This document shows positions 1-9,063 of a DNA stretch of 38,070 nt, one piece after another (the stretch's first letter is position 1; every line of letters starts with the position of its first letter). The notes beneath the pieces are model-generated. The model saw only the letters and a program-made list of their open reading frames with translations, searched no databases and was not told the origin of the DNA. Origin of the DNA: a virus; IMG/VR virus record IMGVR_UViG_3300025270_000006, one strand, 5' to 3'. The translations under genes and the position numbers were made by a program.

Positions 1-127
1 GCCCGAAAATTCTGCACCATTTATCTTTTCAATATCGTCATCATCCTTACCGTTTATCTTTTCGATATCGGCAAGAGCAATATTATTTAATTTTTCAACT
101 TCATTAGCCATTATGCGTGTTCAATTA
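1..127. repeat. Terminal direct repeat. Bases 1-127 are identical to 37944-38070, consistent with the overlap of a circular or circularly permuted assembly.
   Basis: Read base by base, both copies run gcccgaaaattctgcacc...cattatgcgtgttcaatta. Positions 1-110 duplicate the 5' end of the CDS 37299..38054. Confidence 0.95.
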
Positions 128-3100
128 TATCTAGACTTGGATTAATGAACGCACTACGCGCACCAATTGCTACTCCGATAACTTGGATAAGGTCACCATC
201 ATCACTAGGTATAGTAGTAGTGAGAGTACCTGGAGTTTCGGGAGCATACAGGTCAACTCCAACAGTCATATTACCTCCGAACCCACCATCATCCCTATAG
301 ACACCATGAGTAAGTACACGAACTGAACTTCCCGCAGAACCCTGCGCTTCAATAGCTATCCCTATTACTGGCATCTTGGCAGCATCATTAGCGTCTGCCC
401 TTCCAACTCTGCCTGTCGTTGTACTGACATATACAGCATCAAACTGGGTAATGGCTTCGACTGCAAGAAATTCTATAACAATTCCTTGAACAGTATTATC
501 AGTGGTCGGAGTTCCAGCTGCTGATTCAAACTCAACAAACTTACTGTCAGCAACTGCTACATCACCAGCAAACGAACTAGCACCAAACGCATTAGCCGCA
601 GCAGTAGATGTAATCCCTGCCGCTGAGGTAATACCACCACCATCGGCTATAGTAATGGCATCATCACCATCGGTATAGCTGATCTTGGTGGTCATCACTT
701 CCCCAGGAACCTTCACACCAAGAGCACCGTCTAGTATCCTAAAGCCCTCGTCATCATTGTTATCGGTGAATATAAGGTCTTTTGCATTGGTAACCAGTTT
801 TATGGTCACGTCTCCTGAGTTGCCCTCAGTAAAGCGTAACACTTCTGTGCCACCATCCTCAAAGGTGAGGATTCCGCTCGCTGAATCAAGCTCTATTTGC
901 GCACCAGAATCAACAATGATAGGGTTGGCGGCTATAGTTAATCCAGTAGTGCCATCGTGTGTTAGAGTGGCATCGCTGCCAGCCCCCATGTTGAACACTG
1001 CACTATCAGTCAGTAGGAAAACGTCATCTCCAAACACCGCATCTTTAACTACAGATAATCCACCGTCTGTTTGCAGAGATCCGTCTGTTGTAGACGTTGC
1101 TTCAGTTGCGTCATCCGTCTTAACAATGCCGGATGCAACAATGGTACTGGTTGTTAGGGCTGCCGTTGCTACTGTACCGCCTGCTGCCGTTAGTGTGTTC
1201 GCTGAGTGGGTGAGTGTCATGTCTCCATTATTGAAGTTGATGACACCGCCACTAGCTACAAACAGATCAGACCACATCAGGGACGTAGTGCCTAGTGCAA
1301 CCCCGTCACTAGTTACTGGCGATAGAGCATTTTCTACTAACTCCACCTCGTTAGCATTATTAACTCTAAGAATAATCTTGTTATCAGTAGTGGCAAAGTC
1401 AATTAAATTCTGACTATCTCTACCCATCTTCAAGCTAGTGTTGTATATAGATGAGATAGCAGTTATGTCACCTGATGCACCTAGCGAGTCAGCATAAGCC
1501 TTAACAGATTGCTGTGTTGGAACCAGAGTAGCTGAGTCTGTACTCATATCATCTTCATCAACAAACGCTGTTATAGTTATTGAACCATCTGACAAACTAC
1601 CGAATGTAAGAGTATCAGCGGCTGTTATTCCTCCTGCTGATATATCTGCTAAGTCATATCCTGTACCACCCACGTTTACAGTAGTACCAGGCTCTGCCTC
1701 TACAGCATCAAAGAATGTCCAAGGGTCACCAGTAACACTTTGATCTCTAAAGATACCTGCCCATTTAGCTGTGCCACTTTCTCCGTATTGACCATAGATA
1801 CCAAAGTCTACTGCGTCTGCACTCGTTCCTTGGTCTTTAGCGACCTTCAGTAAGGAGTCTGCTACAGCTACTGTTGTTGAAGTTATAGTTGTTGTTGTAC
1901 CTGATACAGTGAAATCTCCAGTAACCGTGAGGTTGTCTCCGACTATAGTCTCCGATACTCCATGTCCTATCGTAATCGCCGTACCTGAGATACCAGTACC
2001 TATAGACACTGACTCACTACTATTAGCGGTATCAACAATCAAGTAGGCATCAGACCCCTGCTTGATTGTCAGAGCTGTCGCTGAATTATCGCTAACAGCT
2101 ATGTTGATATCTGTGCCATCAGCACTAATACTATCGAGGGCTATATCATTCACATTGGTAATACTGGCATCTCCAAATGAGGTAGCACCAAAGCTGTTAG
2201 CTGCTGCGGTAGAAGTTATGCCTGCTGCTGCGGTGATACCGCCACCATCAGCAATGGTGATAGCGTCATCTCCATCTGTATACTCTATAAGAGGGGTTTG
2301 TATTGCAGTAGCAAATGAACTAGTGCCTGTTGATGTAATTGCACCAGATCCTATAGTACCTATAGTTGCAATATTCTTGCTTCCATCTAACACCACAGCT
2401 TTACTTGCTGCTGCTGTTCCAGCAGTAATACCATCTATCATTTCCAGTTCTGCTTCAGCTATAGAAGCACTACCTATAATGAATGATCCACCTGATGTAA
2501 CATTCCCAGAAGATGTAATCGCCCCAGAACCTATCGTGCCTAACCCACTAACATTGCCACTAGTATCAAATGTATAGTTGCCGTCTGATAGTGTGCCGGA
2601 CAAAGTGATGTTCGTAATGCCTGTTAAGGCCCCATCAAAAGCTACGGCTCCATTGATATCTACCGTAGTATCTGAGGTTATCGTTAGAACTCCGTCAGAG
2701 GACTGATGAATGAATGTGCCTGTATCTCCGAATAGGATTTTCTCTGTGCTATTCATAAGGATCTCATCAGAGAACTTGAAGTAGTCCTCGTCTTCCATCC
2801 ATGTGATAACACCATCATACGTGGTGGCATCAAAGGTGAGAGAGATGTCTGTATTAGCACCTGACCCTATAGTAAGAGCATCTACGTTCATGTCGAATGA
2901 CATAGCACCAGCGTCACTTGATGCAATAGTCCACACCTTGGTCAAAGTGCCTGACTTTCTTACATCGAATTCTATCTGAGCATCCTCATTACCATCTGTC
3001 ACATCTGTTGCCACCGCCGTCATACGAGCAAACTCTTCAATGTCCCCTGCGGAATTAGCTAACTTGAAGGACAAATAAATTTCATCATTGTCAGCCCTGG

Positions 3101-3437
3101 TTGCGTTAGCTCCGCTAAACACAGCTACTTGGTTAGAAACATTATCCTCAAGGTTAGTAAACGTGGCAGCAGGAGTATTCTCGTCAGTATCATTACGGAC
3201 ATCTATTTCCCTGAGAGATATCTGGTCGTTCCACTGAATGTAGCGTATTGAGCTACCTCGTGTAATCTTTATATCGTACCTATCTTGGTCGGACTCGTTA
3301 AAATACCATAGGCCGGCGGCACTGGTAGTCGTTGATGCCTCCTCTGCACCATCCGATTCTTGTAGGAGCTGTACCGTAGCCCCCTGGATAGCACTGCCTG
3401 AGTCATCGAATAAATATCCTCTAAAGTTAATAGCCAT
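111..3437 (-). CDS. Tail fibre / tail-spike-like protein (1108 aa)
   Basis: It is the largest ORF of the distal virion module. The N-terminus looks like a prealbumin/CarboxypepD_reg-type beta-sandwich (FRGYLFDDSGSAIQGATVQLL). The body is G/T/S/A-rich and fibrous, with an internally duplicated 40-aa module. An SD (GGGGGA) lies upstream. Its stop overlaps the next start as TAATG. Confidence 0.7.
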   Translation of the reverse strand: MAINFRGYLFDDSGSAIQGATVQLLQESDGAEEASTTTSAAGLWYFNESDQDRYDIKITRGSSIRYIQWNDQISLREIDVRNDTDENTPAATFTNLEDNVSNQVAVFSGANATRADNDEIYLSFKLANSAGDIEEFARMTAVATDVTDGNEDAQIEFDVRKSGTLTKVWTIASSDAGAMSFDMNVDALTIGSGANTDISLTFDATTYDGVITWMEDEDYFKFSDEILMNSTEKILFGDTGTFIHQSSDGVLTITSDTTVDINGAVAFDGALTGITNITLSGTLSDGNYTFDTSGNVSGLGTIGSGAITSSGNVTSGGSFIIGSASIAEAELEMIDGITAGTAAASKAVVLDGSKNIATIGTIGSGAITSTGTSSFATAIQTPLIEYTDGDDAITIADGGGITAAAGITSTAAANSFGATSFGDASITNVNDIALDSISADGTDINIAVSDNSATALTIKQGSDAYLIVDTANSSESVSIGTGISGTAITIGHGVSETIVGDNLTVTGDFTVSGTTTTITSTTVAVADSLLKVAKDQGTSADAVDFGIYGQYGESGTAKWAGIFRDQSVTGDPWTFFDAVEAEPGTTVNVGGTGYDLADISAGGITAADTLTFGSLSDGSITITAFVDEDDMSTDSATLVPTQQSVKAYADSLGASGDITAISSIYNTSLKMGRDSQNLIDFATTDNKIILRVNNANEVELVENALSPVTSDGVALGTTSLMWSDLFVASGGVINFNNGDMTLTHSANTLTAAGGTVATAALTTSTIVASGIVKTDDATEATSTTDGSLQTDGGLSVVKDAVFGDDVFLLTDSAVFNMGAGSDATLTHDGTTGLTIAANPIIVDSGAQIELDSASGILTFEDGGTEVLRFTEGNSGDVTIKLVTNAKDLIFTDNNDDEGFRILDGALGVKVPGEVMTTKISYTDGDDAITIADGGGITSAAGITSTAAANAFGASSFAGDVAVADSKFVEFESAAGTPTTDNTVQGIVIEFLAVEAITQFDAVYVSTTTGRVGRADANDAAKMPVIGIAIEAQGSAGSSVRVLTHGVYRDDGGFGGNMTVGVDLYAPETPGTLTTTIPSDDGDLIQVIGVAIGARSAFINPSLDIIEHA

Positions 3438-3438
3438 G

Positions 3439-3834
3439 TTATCCCCCTGTCATGCGAGAATGATCTCTATATCGTAATGCTTCTCTGCAATAATACTCCG
3501 GGTCCCGTAATAAATCGTCCTCATCTATGAAAATTAACGTAAGTCCCCGGCTTACGGCTCCTTCACGAGCTATTATATCTCGTCCTTTTGTTTCTACTCC
3601 AAACTCATAGTGATAGTATACACCCTGCACGTTGACCGCAAGGTCGGGCGGATCATTGAATAGAAAATCCAATACCAGCCCACCCTTCTCTATCCGCCCC
3701 CCTAAGAGGGGGGACTGATAAATAAAATCCTGCCCAGGGCGCAACCCTATAGACTCAAAGGTTGTGTACGCTACGTATTCTGGTAGCGATCCTTGCCATC
3801 CGGCAGGTACTGCTGTGATTTGTTGCGTAGTCAT
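3439..3834 (-). CDS. Hypothetical protein in the tail module (131 aa from the ATG at 3834), with a weak resemblance to the DUF559/Vsr-like PD-(D/E)xK fold
   Basis: The ATG at 3834 overlaps the upstream stop as TAATG. The ORF-track start at 3861 lies inside the upstream gene. The pattern PEY...Q..DF...V.G.YYH...D..R......G..L.FI.E.DL resembles DUF559/Vsr layouts from memory. Confidence 0.55.
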   Translation of the reverse strand: MTTQQITAVPAGWQGSLPEYVAYTTFESIGLRPGQDFIYQSPLLGGRIEKGGLVLDFLFNDPPDLAVNVQGVYYHYEFGVETKGRDIIAREGAVSRGLTLIFIDEDDLLRDPEYYCREALRYRDHSRMTGG

Positions 3835-4127
3835 TAGCCTTCCAATATCATACTCCAGCAAACCTTATCGCTGTTCGTTGCCGCATCTGCATAAAACACA
3901 TTTGCTGGTACAGATCCTCCAAAGTCTCCAAAGTTTAATTCCAGTTCGTTGCCTGCACTCAGCTCATATCCCGTAGTAGAGGCCACGTCCGAGACCCCTA
4001 CATAGGCCAAGCCAGAGTTGCCAGCCAATGCTTTTGCTTTAACAAACTTCACCCTGTTGGTGACATTATTTAATTGCACCCTTGTGCCCGCACTACTAAT
4101 CGTTGTAACGCCGGTAACAAATCTCAT
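3834..4127 (-). CDS. Small virion-module protein (97 aa), function unknown
   Basis: An AGGAGA SD lies upstream, the composition is beta-rich, and the gene is tightly packed in the tail gene block. Confidence 0.6.
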   Translation of the reverse strand: MRFVTGVTTISSAGTRVQLNNVTNRVKFVKAKALAGNSGLAYVGVSDVASTTGYELSAGNELELNFGDFGGSVPANVFYADAATNSDKVCWSMILEG

Positions 4128-4136
4128 TCTTTTCTC

Positions 4137-6080
4137 CTATGGTTCCACCACGCTAATCATCGTAGAGCCCCGTTCATCGTGACCGGTGTACTCTAGTCCT
4201 TGCGCTGATGTAACATCTACATAATAATTCCTAGTCCCTCCACTATCATCCCGGAAAGTAAACTCTACAAGCGTTGTGCTTTCGATTGCAGAAATTAAAT
4301 TAGACCGCAGGTCTTTAGGGTTATTCCCTTTATATGCGTTGTTGAGGTCCACCTCAACCGTATGCCCCCACTTTGCGGCAAGTTTCTTCCTCCACTCTAG
4401 GGTTAGACTTACCACGTCCGGGCTGTTAAATTTCTCCAACCCAGTCGTGGTTGCCGTAGACCTGGATAACGTAAGCTTAAACTTAATGGATCTAAATGTA
4501 GTGCCCGCACTAGAACCAAACGTGTAGGTGTAGGTTCCTGCGGCGGCTCCCATTGTTGTTGTGTTTAAAGTTACTGCCGTTGTATAGCTTTCCGAATAAT
4601 CTGTGGCGTATTGCACTAAGACTGTCTCGTCAGCCGACAGATCCTGACATTCAATCCGCAGATTCAGTGCCAGCTTATCAACCTCGCTCTGTCCTGCATT
4701 GAACCAGGGAGTCTCATGCACCCCTGATGTTGCATAAGCAAAGTCATCTACCTCGCTAGGATTAATAATGTCCTTTGGAAGGTCCATGAAGTACACTACA
4801 CCATTAGCTCCCCACCATACCCGATAGGTATTATATGCGGTGCTAACATGCATATCATCAAAGGTCGTACCAGTATCACCTGCTATCCACTTTGTTTCCC
4901 ACCCTAGCTCGTTATATCCCAGGATAGTGCTAGATCCTGTATCATCAGCCATAACAGCACTACCTACATGGCTTTGCCATTGTCTCGGTATAGCGTCGGT
5001 GGCAACAGCGGCAGCACTCACTTGTGCATCTATACCTATTAACAATTCATTGTGACTACCTGCCATTGTCCGGATAGATCCTCGTTTATCAGACGGCAGT
5101 CCATCGTCTCTATCTGGTCCCATTATAGTTACAACGGCGGCGTTGCTACCGTTAATGTACTTATACATACCATTACCGCTAGGGATATAGACTGAGTCTC
5201 TCCACCGAATAGACCCCTTGCCGTTATCCGGGTGTACTGGAAGCTCTAACTGTGTCGCGTCCCACCTGGCATTGTCGGCATCATGGGCAAAGAGACCGTG
5301 TGTGGTCATCGCATATATGATTGGCACTCCTGCTGCATTACGTGCGACAAATAAAGAGGTTACACTACCATCAGGCAGTGGCAGCATTGCATCAGCATAC
5401 TCAGTTCCTACTGATGCTGCACTCCATAGCTGTCCTGCATTAGATATTCCCCAAAGCCTGTCATCCCACTCGGTTACAAACCGCGCGCCATATGTAGTAT
5501 CTGTAGTCCATGACGTACCGTTAGAGGAATAAGAATACCCAGATCCACCAGAATCGTAATGAGCCAACACCAGGTAGGAAGTTCCACCAGCATCTGTAAA
5601 TACTATGCTGTCTGTAACTGCATCCGTTATACCCGATGTTGTTAGTGCCGATCCCCAGCTATCTCCACCATTGGCATACTTAAATAGCTTAGGCGTAGCA
5701 CCTCCTCCGCCATTCCATGCGGCATATACTTCACTGCTAAATGTAGCAATAGCCCCAATAGTAGCTTGTCCTAAACTGTGTGACGGTGTGTCAGTGGCTA
5801 TTGCCAGGTTCGCTAAAACCAAATGATTCTTATATCGGAGCTGACAGGTGCTGAACCATGCTCGGTTAACATCTCTGGCTCCTTCCATTCTATTAACACC
5901 AATACCCCCACGCCAATCGCTCCAGGCCACGATGGATGATCGTAGCTGGTCGTCTTTGGAAGTATCTCCAATAACTATCTTGGCAGGGTATATAGATGCT
6001 AATGTAGAACGTACCGGTCTGGTAACAGGATAGTACGTGCCATTAAGATACACCTCATTTGTGTCAACTACTACGGGCAT
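4137..6080 (-). CDS. Tail / nozzle-type structural protein with BNR (Asp-box)-like beta-propeller repeats (647 aa)
   Basis: Asp-box-like SxxGxxW elements are present (SSNGTSWTT, NGGDSWGSA), with repeated W/G-rich blades. Position between the head-completion genes and the fibre supports the call. Its ATG overlaps the upstream stop as TAATG at 6080. Confidence 0.55.
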   Translation of the reverse strand: MPVVVDTNEVYLNGTYYPVTRPVRSTLASIYPAKIVIGDTSKDDQLRSSIVAWSDWRGGIGVNRMEGARDVNRAWFSTCQLRYKNHLVLANLAIATDTPSHSLGQATIGAIATFSSEVYAAWNGGGGATPKLFKYANGGDSWGSALTTSGITDAVTDSIVFTDAGGTSYLVLAHYDSGGSGYSYSSNGTSWTTDTTYGARFVTEWDDRLWGISNAGQLWSAASVGTEYADAMLPLPDGSVTSLFVARNAAGVPIIYAMTTHGLFAHDADNARWDATQLELPVHPDNGKGSIRWRDSVYIPSGNGMYKYINGSNAAVVTIMGPDRDDGLPSDKRGSIRTMAGSHNELLIGIDAQVSAAAVATDAIPRQWQSHVGSAVMADDTGSSTILGYNELGWETKWIAGDTGTTFDDMHVSTAYNTYRVWWGANGVVYFMDLPKDIINPSEVDDFAYATSGVHETPWFNAGQSEVDKLALNLRIECQDLSADETVLVQYATDYSESYTTAVTLNTTTMGAAAGTYTYTFGSSAGTTFRSIKFKLTLSRSTATTTGLEKFNSPDVVSLTLEWRKKLAAKWGHTVEVDLNNAYKGNNPKDLRSNLISAIESTTLVEFTFRDDSGGTRNYYVDVTSAQGLEYTGHDERGSTMISVVEP

Positions 6081-7345
6081 TAGTCAACCGTCCTTACATT
6101 GGTTAACATTGGGAACGCAGCCTTGGCTCTGTTAATTTCTCCATCCCAATAAGCAACGAGCTGTCGTTTATTATCCGGATCTGTCGTTGGCCCACCAGAA
6201 GTGGACAACAAAGCCCTGGCTGTAGCAAAGGATATAATGTACCGCTCTGGTATTTCGGTGGTGTCTGTTTCAGATGATAGCAATGCCGGCTTGTCTCCAC
6301 CTGTCAGTTTAATCAATGAATACCCAATAGCATCTTGCCCGTCCCGGCCAAGGATAAGGTCTCTAGCCTCTTTATCTATCTTCCATAGACGCCTGTCTAA
6401 TGTGTTCCATTCAGCAGTGTCATTAGCGACGGCTGATATATCATCGATCCACACAGTACAAGCACCGAGGTCTGAGTCATACTCCAGGCCCACAGATATA
6501 ATAGCTGTGTCTGTCTCAGGATTAGCCATTGCCATTCTGACAAATGTCCATGTGTTAGCGGATAGAGCTGGTATACTGAGTGTCTCCAGGGGGCTACCAC
6601 ATGACGCTGTATCATCTAGTAAAAGCTTTAAGTTACCGGCACTAGTGGCCACTGTACTCTTCACCCACATCTCTATGTAGTCATACTTACTAATGTCTTT
6701 ACTAGTAATACTGTCAGTAACAAAATCACCTGCTGATGCCCCGGCTGCAATAACCATCTTGAGGGCCTGGGAGCCTTGCTTCTTGTCTTTGGTGTCTAAC
6801 GACTGGGTAAAATCCCCATCAGTCTTTTCATCAAAGGTTGTACCACAGTCATGAATACGAGCTGAACTAATCCTGGATCTATATGCAACTTTGGATATCT
6901 GTGAAATGCCGGATGGTATATCAAAGCGTGTCTGATGCCCATCGCCATGTAGTGCCACGTTTTCTATGGGGTCATACACAGCCCCTGTCGAATCTACAAT
7001 CGCCTGGTTAATAAACTCATGTATGGCGTCAGGAGTATAGGGCTCATCCCATAGTTCATATGTATCACCGGCAACAGTAGAAAAAGATAAAGCCTGTCCT
7101 AGCGTTAGCCTATAAGCGGATGCTGTATAGTCCGTAACAAGTCTGGTTTCGGCACTATCAGAATTACTGGTATCAAAAACGACAAGCCACTTACCATTAT
7201 GGTTGTCATCTCCACCGGTAAGTGTTAGTGATATTAATGTAGTTGTCGATCCTGCATCATAAGCAGTACCAGTGTGAATAGCCCCAAGGTTATAGCCAAT
7301 GGACTGCCTTAATTGTTTACGCGTTCTCCCTTGTATAGCTGGCAT
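6080..7345 (-). CDS. Virion structural protein (421 aa), a putative adaptor or tail protein with a central CBM/jelly-roll-like insertion
   Basis: A GAGGAA SD lies upstream. The central segment (KMVIAAGASAGDFV...WTFVRMAM...VWIDDISAV) resembles carbohydrate-binding beta-sandwich modules. The structural role is inferred from position. Confidence 0.5.
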   Translation of the reverse strand: MPAIQGRTRKQLRQSIGYNLGAIHTGTAYDAGSTTTLISLTLTGGDDNHNGKWLVVFDTSNSDSAETRLVTDYTASAYRLTLGQALSFSTVAGDTYELWDEPYTPDAIHEFINQAIVDSTGAVYDPIENVALHGDGHQTRFDIPSGISQISKVAYRSRISSARIHDCGTTFDEKTDGDFTQSLDTKDKKQGSQALKMVIAAGASAGDFVTDSITSKDISKYDYIEMWVKSTVATSAGNLKLLLDDTASCGSPLETLSIPALSANTWTFVRMAMANPETDTAIISVGLEYDSDLGACTVWIDDISAVANDTAEWNTLDRRLWKIDKEARDLILGRDGQDAIGYSLIKLTGGDKPALLSSETDTTEIPERYIISFATARALLSTSGGPTTDPDNKRQLVAYWDGEINRAKAAFPMLTNVRTVD

Positions 7346-7366
7346 TGTAGTTCCTCGTGTCCGCCA

Positions 7367-7495
7367 TCACACACGCCTCGAGCGTTGTGATCGCCTTGTT
7401 AAAGGTTTAGTTGCCTTTAGGGCCATAATATATTTAGGGTCCCTCAAGCGATTCTTCTGTTCTGCTGTTAGTTTCTTTGGTGTTCTACCAGCCAT
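7367..7495 (-). CDS. Possible micro-ORF (42 aa, highly basic): MAGRTPKKLTAEQKNRLRDPKYIMALKATKPLTRRSQRSRRV
   Basis: I translated this by hand; it is below the ORF-track cut-off. Its ATG lies 1 nt after the previous stop (TAGTATG) and it fills an otherwise empty gap in the late operon. Confidence 0.3.
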   Translation of the reverse strand: MAGRTPKKLTAEQKNRLRDPKYIMALKATKPLTRRSQRSRRV

Positions 7496-7496
7496 A

Positions 7497-7613
7497 CTAG
7501 TATCCACCCTTCTTCTTTTTAGTTACCTTTTGCCCGGTCTTTCTTGCATATGACTTGGCAGCAGCCTGTCCTTTTTTACTGTAAGAAAAATGTCTCTTGC
7601 CTACCTTGGGCAT
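7497..7613 (-). CDS. Possible micro-ORF (38 aa, highly basic): MPKVGKRHFSYSKKGQAAAKSYARKTGQKVTKKKKGGY
   Basis: I translated this by hand. A strong SD (GAAGGAGGG) ends about 5 nt upstream of the ATG at 7613. The start sits directly after the stop of 7615..7842. Confidence 0.4.
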   Translation of the reverse strand: MPKVGKRHFSYSKKGQAAAKSYARKTGQKVTKKKKGGY

Positions 7614-7614
7614 A

Positions 7615-7842
7615 TCAGCCCTCCTTCTTACCTTTATTATCTTTCGCTAAAGCTTGCTCTAGCTCTGCCTTTGTAGATCCTAACTCGCCCATTGCGGTCT
7701 CTAGTCTCGTTGTAAGTTCAAGAACCGTTCTATTAAGAGCTGCGTTCTGCACCTGTAGTGCAAACTTAGCATCCCGGTTCAGTACTGTACGAATATCATC
7801 CATCGCTATTGGTACTTCAACACCACTATTTTCCTGTGTCAT
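7615..7842 (-). CDS. Small coiled-coil protein (75 aa), function unknown
   Basis: An SD (AGAGGAA) lies upstream and the sequence has heptad-like helical character (LELTTRLETAMGELGSTKAELEQAL). Confidence 0.6.
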   Translation of the reverse strand: MTQENSGVEVPIAMDDIRTVLNRDAKFALQVQNAALNRTVLELTTRLETAMGELGSTKAELEQALAKDNKGKKEG

Positions 7843-7855
7843 ATTCCTCTATTCC

Positions 7856-8215
7856 TTAAAAGTATATTTTTCCTGTTGTACTCTCCCTACGCTTCCGTAT
7901 ATGTGTACGGATATCATTGAGAGTCCGTCCTATTTCCTTGTTCTCTGCAGCCGTGGGTCGGCGTTTGCTATGCTTCTCACGCACCTGGTCTTTAAACGTC
8001 TCTGCCGCTTTGCCCATCATGTCTTCTATGTGAGCATTACTTGTATCAGGATCTGCTAACACTATGATGCGCGTCTTGTGCGTAACGCCAAAATCATCTT
8101 TGGCACTTACCAATAAGGTGTGCCTTACTATGGTCTTCCCGGTTTCTGCATTGTACCCTACGGGGGCCATGCCTAATGGCACAGTCCCCCGAGGTGTCCA
8201 TAAGTCTCGTTCCAT
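7856..8215 (-). CDS. Hypothetical head/tail-completion protein (119 aa)
   Basis: An SD (GGAAGAGGA) lies upstream and the gene sits between the capsid and tail genes. No motif was recognised. Confidence 0.55.
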   Translation of the reverse strand: MERDLWTPRGTVPLGMAPVGYNAETGKTIVRHTLLVSAKDDFGVTHKTRIIVLADPDTSNAHIEDMMGKAAETFKDQVREKHSKRRPTAAENKEIGRTLNDIRTHIRKRRESTTGKIYF

Positions 8216-8224
8216 ATCCTCTTC

Positions 8225-8992
8225 CTAGTTGCGAATATTCAACATCACGACTTGGTTATCCGTATCTACGGATGGGATTGCCATTGCTGTACCAATAGGC
8301 GCAGTGTCCTCCTCTGAGGAAGCATCCCACAAGTCAAATGCTCCCGACTCGCCCGACGCTTGGCTCACGCCTATAGCGTCACCAACAACAGCTACTGCAG
8401 CCCCTGACAGAACAGAGGCAATTCCTGCTGTTTGTATCCAGCAGTAGTAACTAGCTGTTACAGGTATGGTTGTTACACCAAGAGGCCCTGTGGTCATCGT
8501 TCCATCACCATCAATGATCTTGATGTTGGTGTATGGGTTATATATAAGCCCAAAGAGCGACGATGTTGTTAACGCTGTCCTTATGCCATCTGGCTCATCA
8601 AGGGTGATGATAACCGTGTTGTCAGCAGACGCATCGTGGGCAGGATGAGACTTGATCCTGTATACCTCTCCCTGACCAGGGCCGTCGTTGCATATCAGAT
8701 ATCCGTCGGCATACTGGTTCTTTGTAAGGTCGGTGGTGGGCACTTCAATGCTGATTGTCGTGTCCCCTGCCGAGTGTGCTGCAGTGGCGGCAACGTCCAT
8801 ATCGTGTGCAGCTACCGCGGCAATGCCATCCACAATCTTGCCTGCGGGCGTAATCGCCGTCGAGCTGTTCTTAGCATAGTAAAATACTCTACCATCAGGG
8901 GTCACTGCCCTTGTGCCAAGCTTCTGCTTTTGCTCGGAAGTCTCAACCTTCTCTTGTCCATAACTCAAATAAATCGTTGTTGGGAATGCCAT
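8225..8992 (-). CDS. Virion structural protein (255 aa), possibly a capsid decoration/cement or head-proximal protein
   Basis: An AGGAGA SD lies upstream. The composition is beta-rich and the gene is two genes downstream of the major capsid protein. The functional call is positional only. Confidence 0.45.
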   Translation of the reverse strand: MAFPTTIYLSYGQEKVETSEQKQKLGTRAVTPDGRVFYYAKNSSTAITPAGKIVDGIAAVAAHDMDVAATAAHSAGDTTISIEVPTTDLTKNQYADGYLICNDGPGQGEVYRIKSHPAHDASADNTVIITLDEPDGIRTALTTSSLFGLIYNPYTNIKIIDGDGTMTTGPLGVTTIPVTASYYCWIQTAGIASVLSGAAVAVVGDAIGVSQASGESGAFDLWDASSEEDTAPIGTAMAIPSVDTDNQVVMLNIRN

Positions 8993-9063
8993 AGCAATTC
9001 TCCTAACAGGCTCTATGTCCTGCGATTGCCGTTATAAATTTTCTTTGCCAGGCACGGCAATCT

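Noticed and set aside
685-2577. Plus-strand ORFs 685..1413 and 2062..2577, and similar antisense ORFs such as 12374..13261, 20066..20578, 20825..21123 and 36173..36532
   Set aside because: They lie antisense to long minus-strand genes with clear SDs and recognisable products. They have no SD of their own and their composition (S/P/V/A-rich) is a mirror of the sense frame. These are shadow ORFs.
9023-9061. Hairpin (TTGCC-gtgcct-GGCAA on the minus strand, within a longer GATTGCCG/CGGCAATC inverted repeat) considered as an intra-operon terminator after the capsid-proximal gene
   Set aside because: The stem is short and the downstream U-tract is interrupted (AGAAAATTT). This is too weak to call without transcript data.
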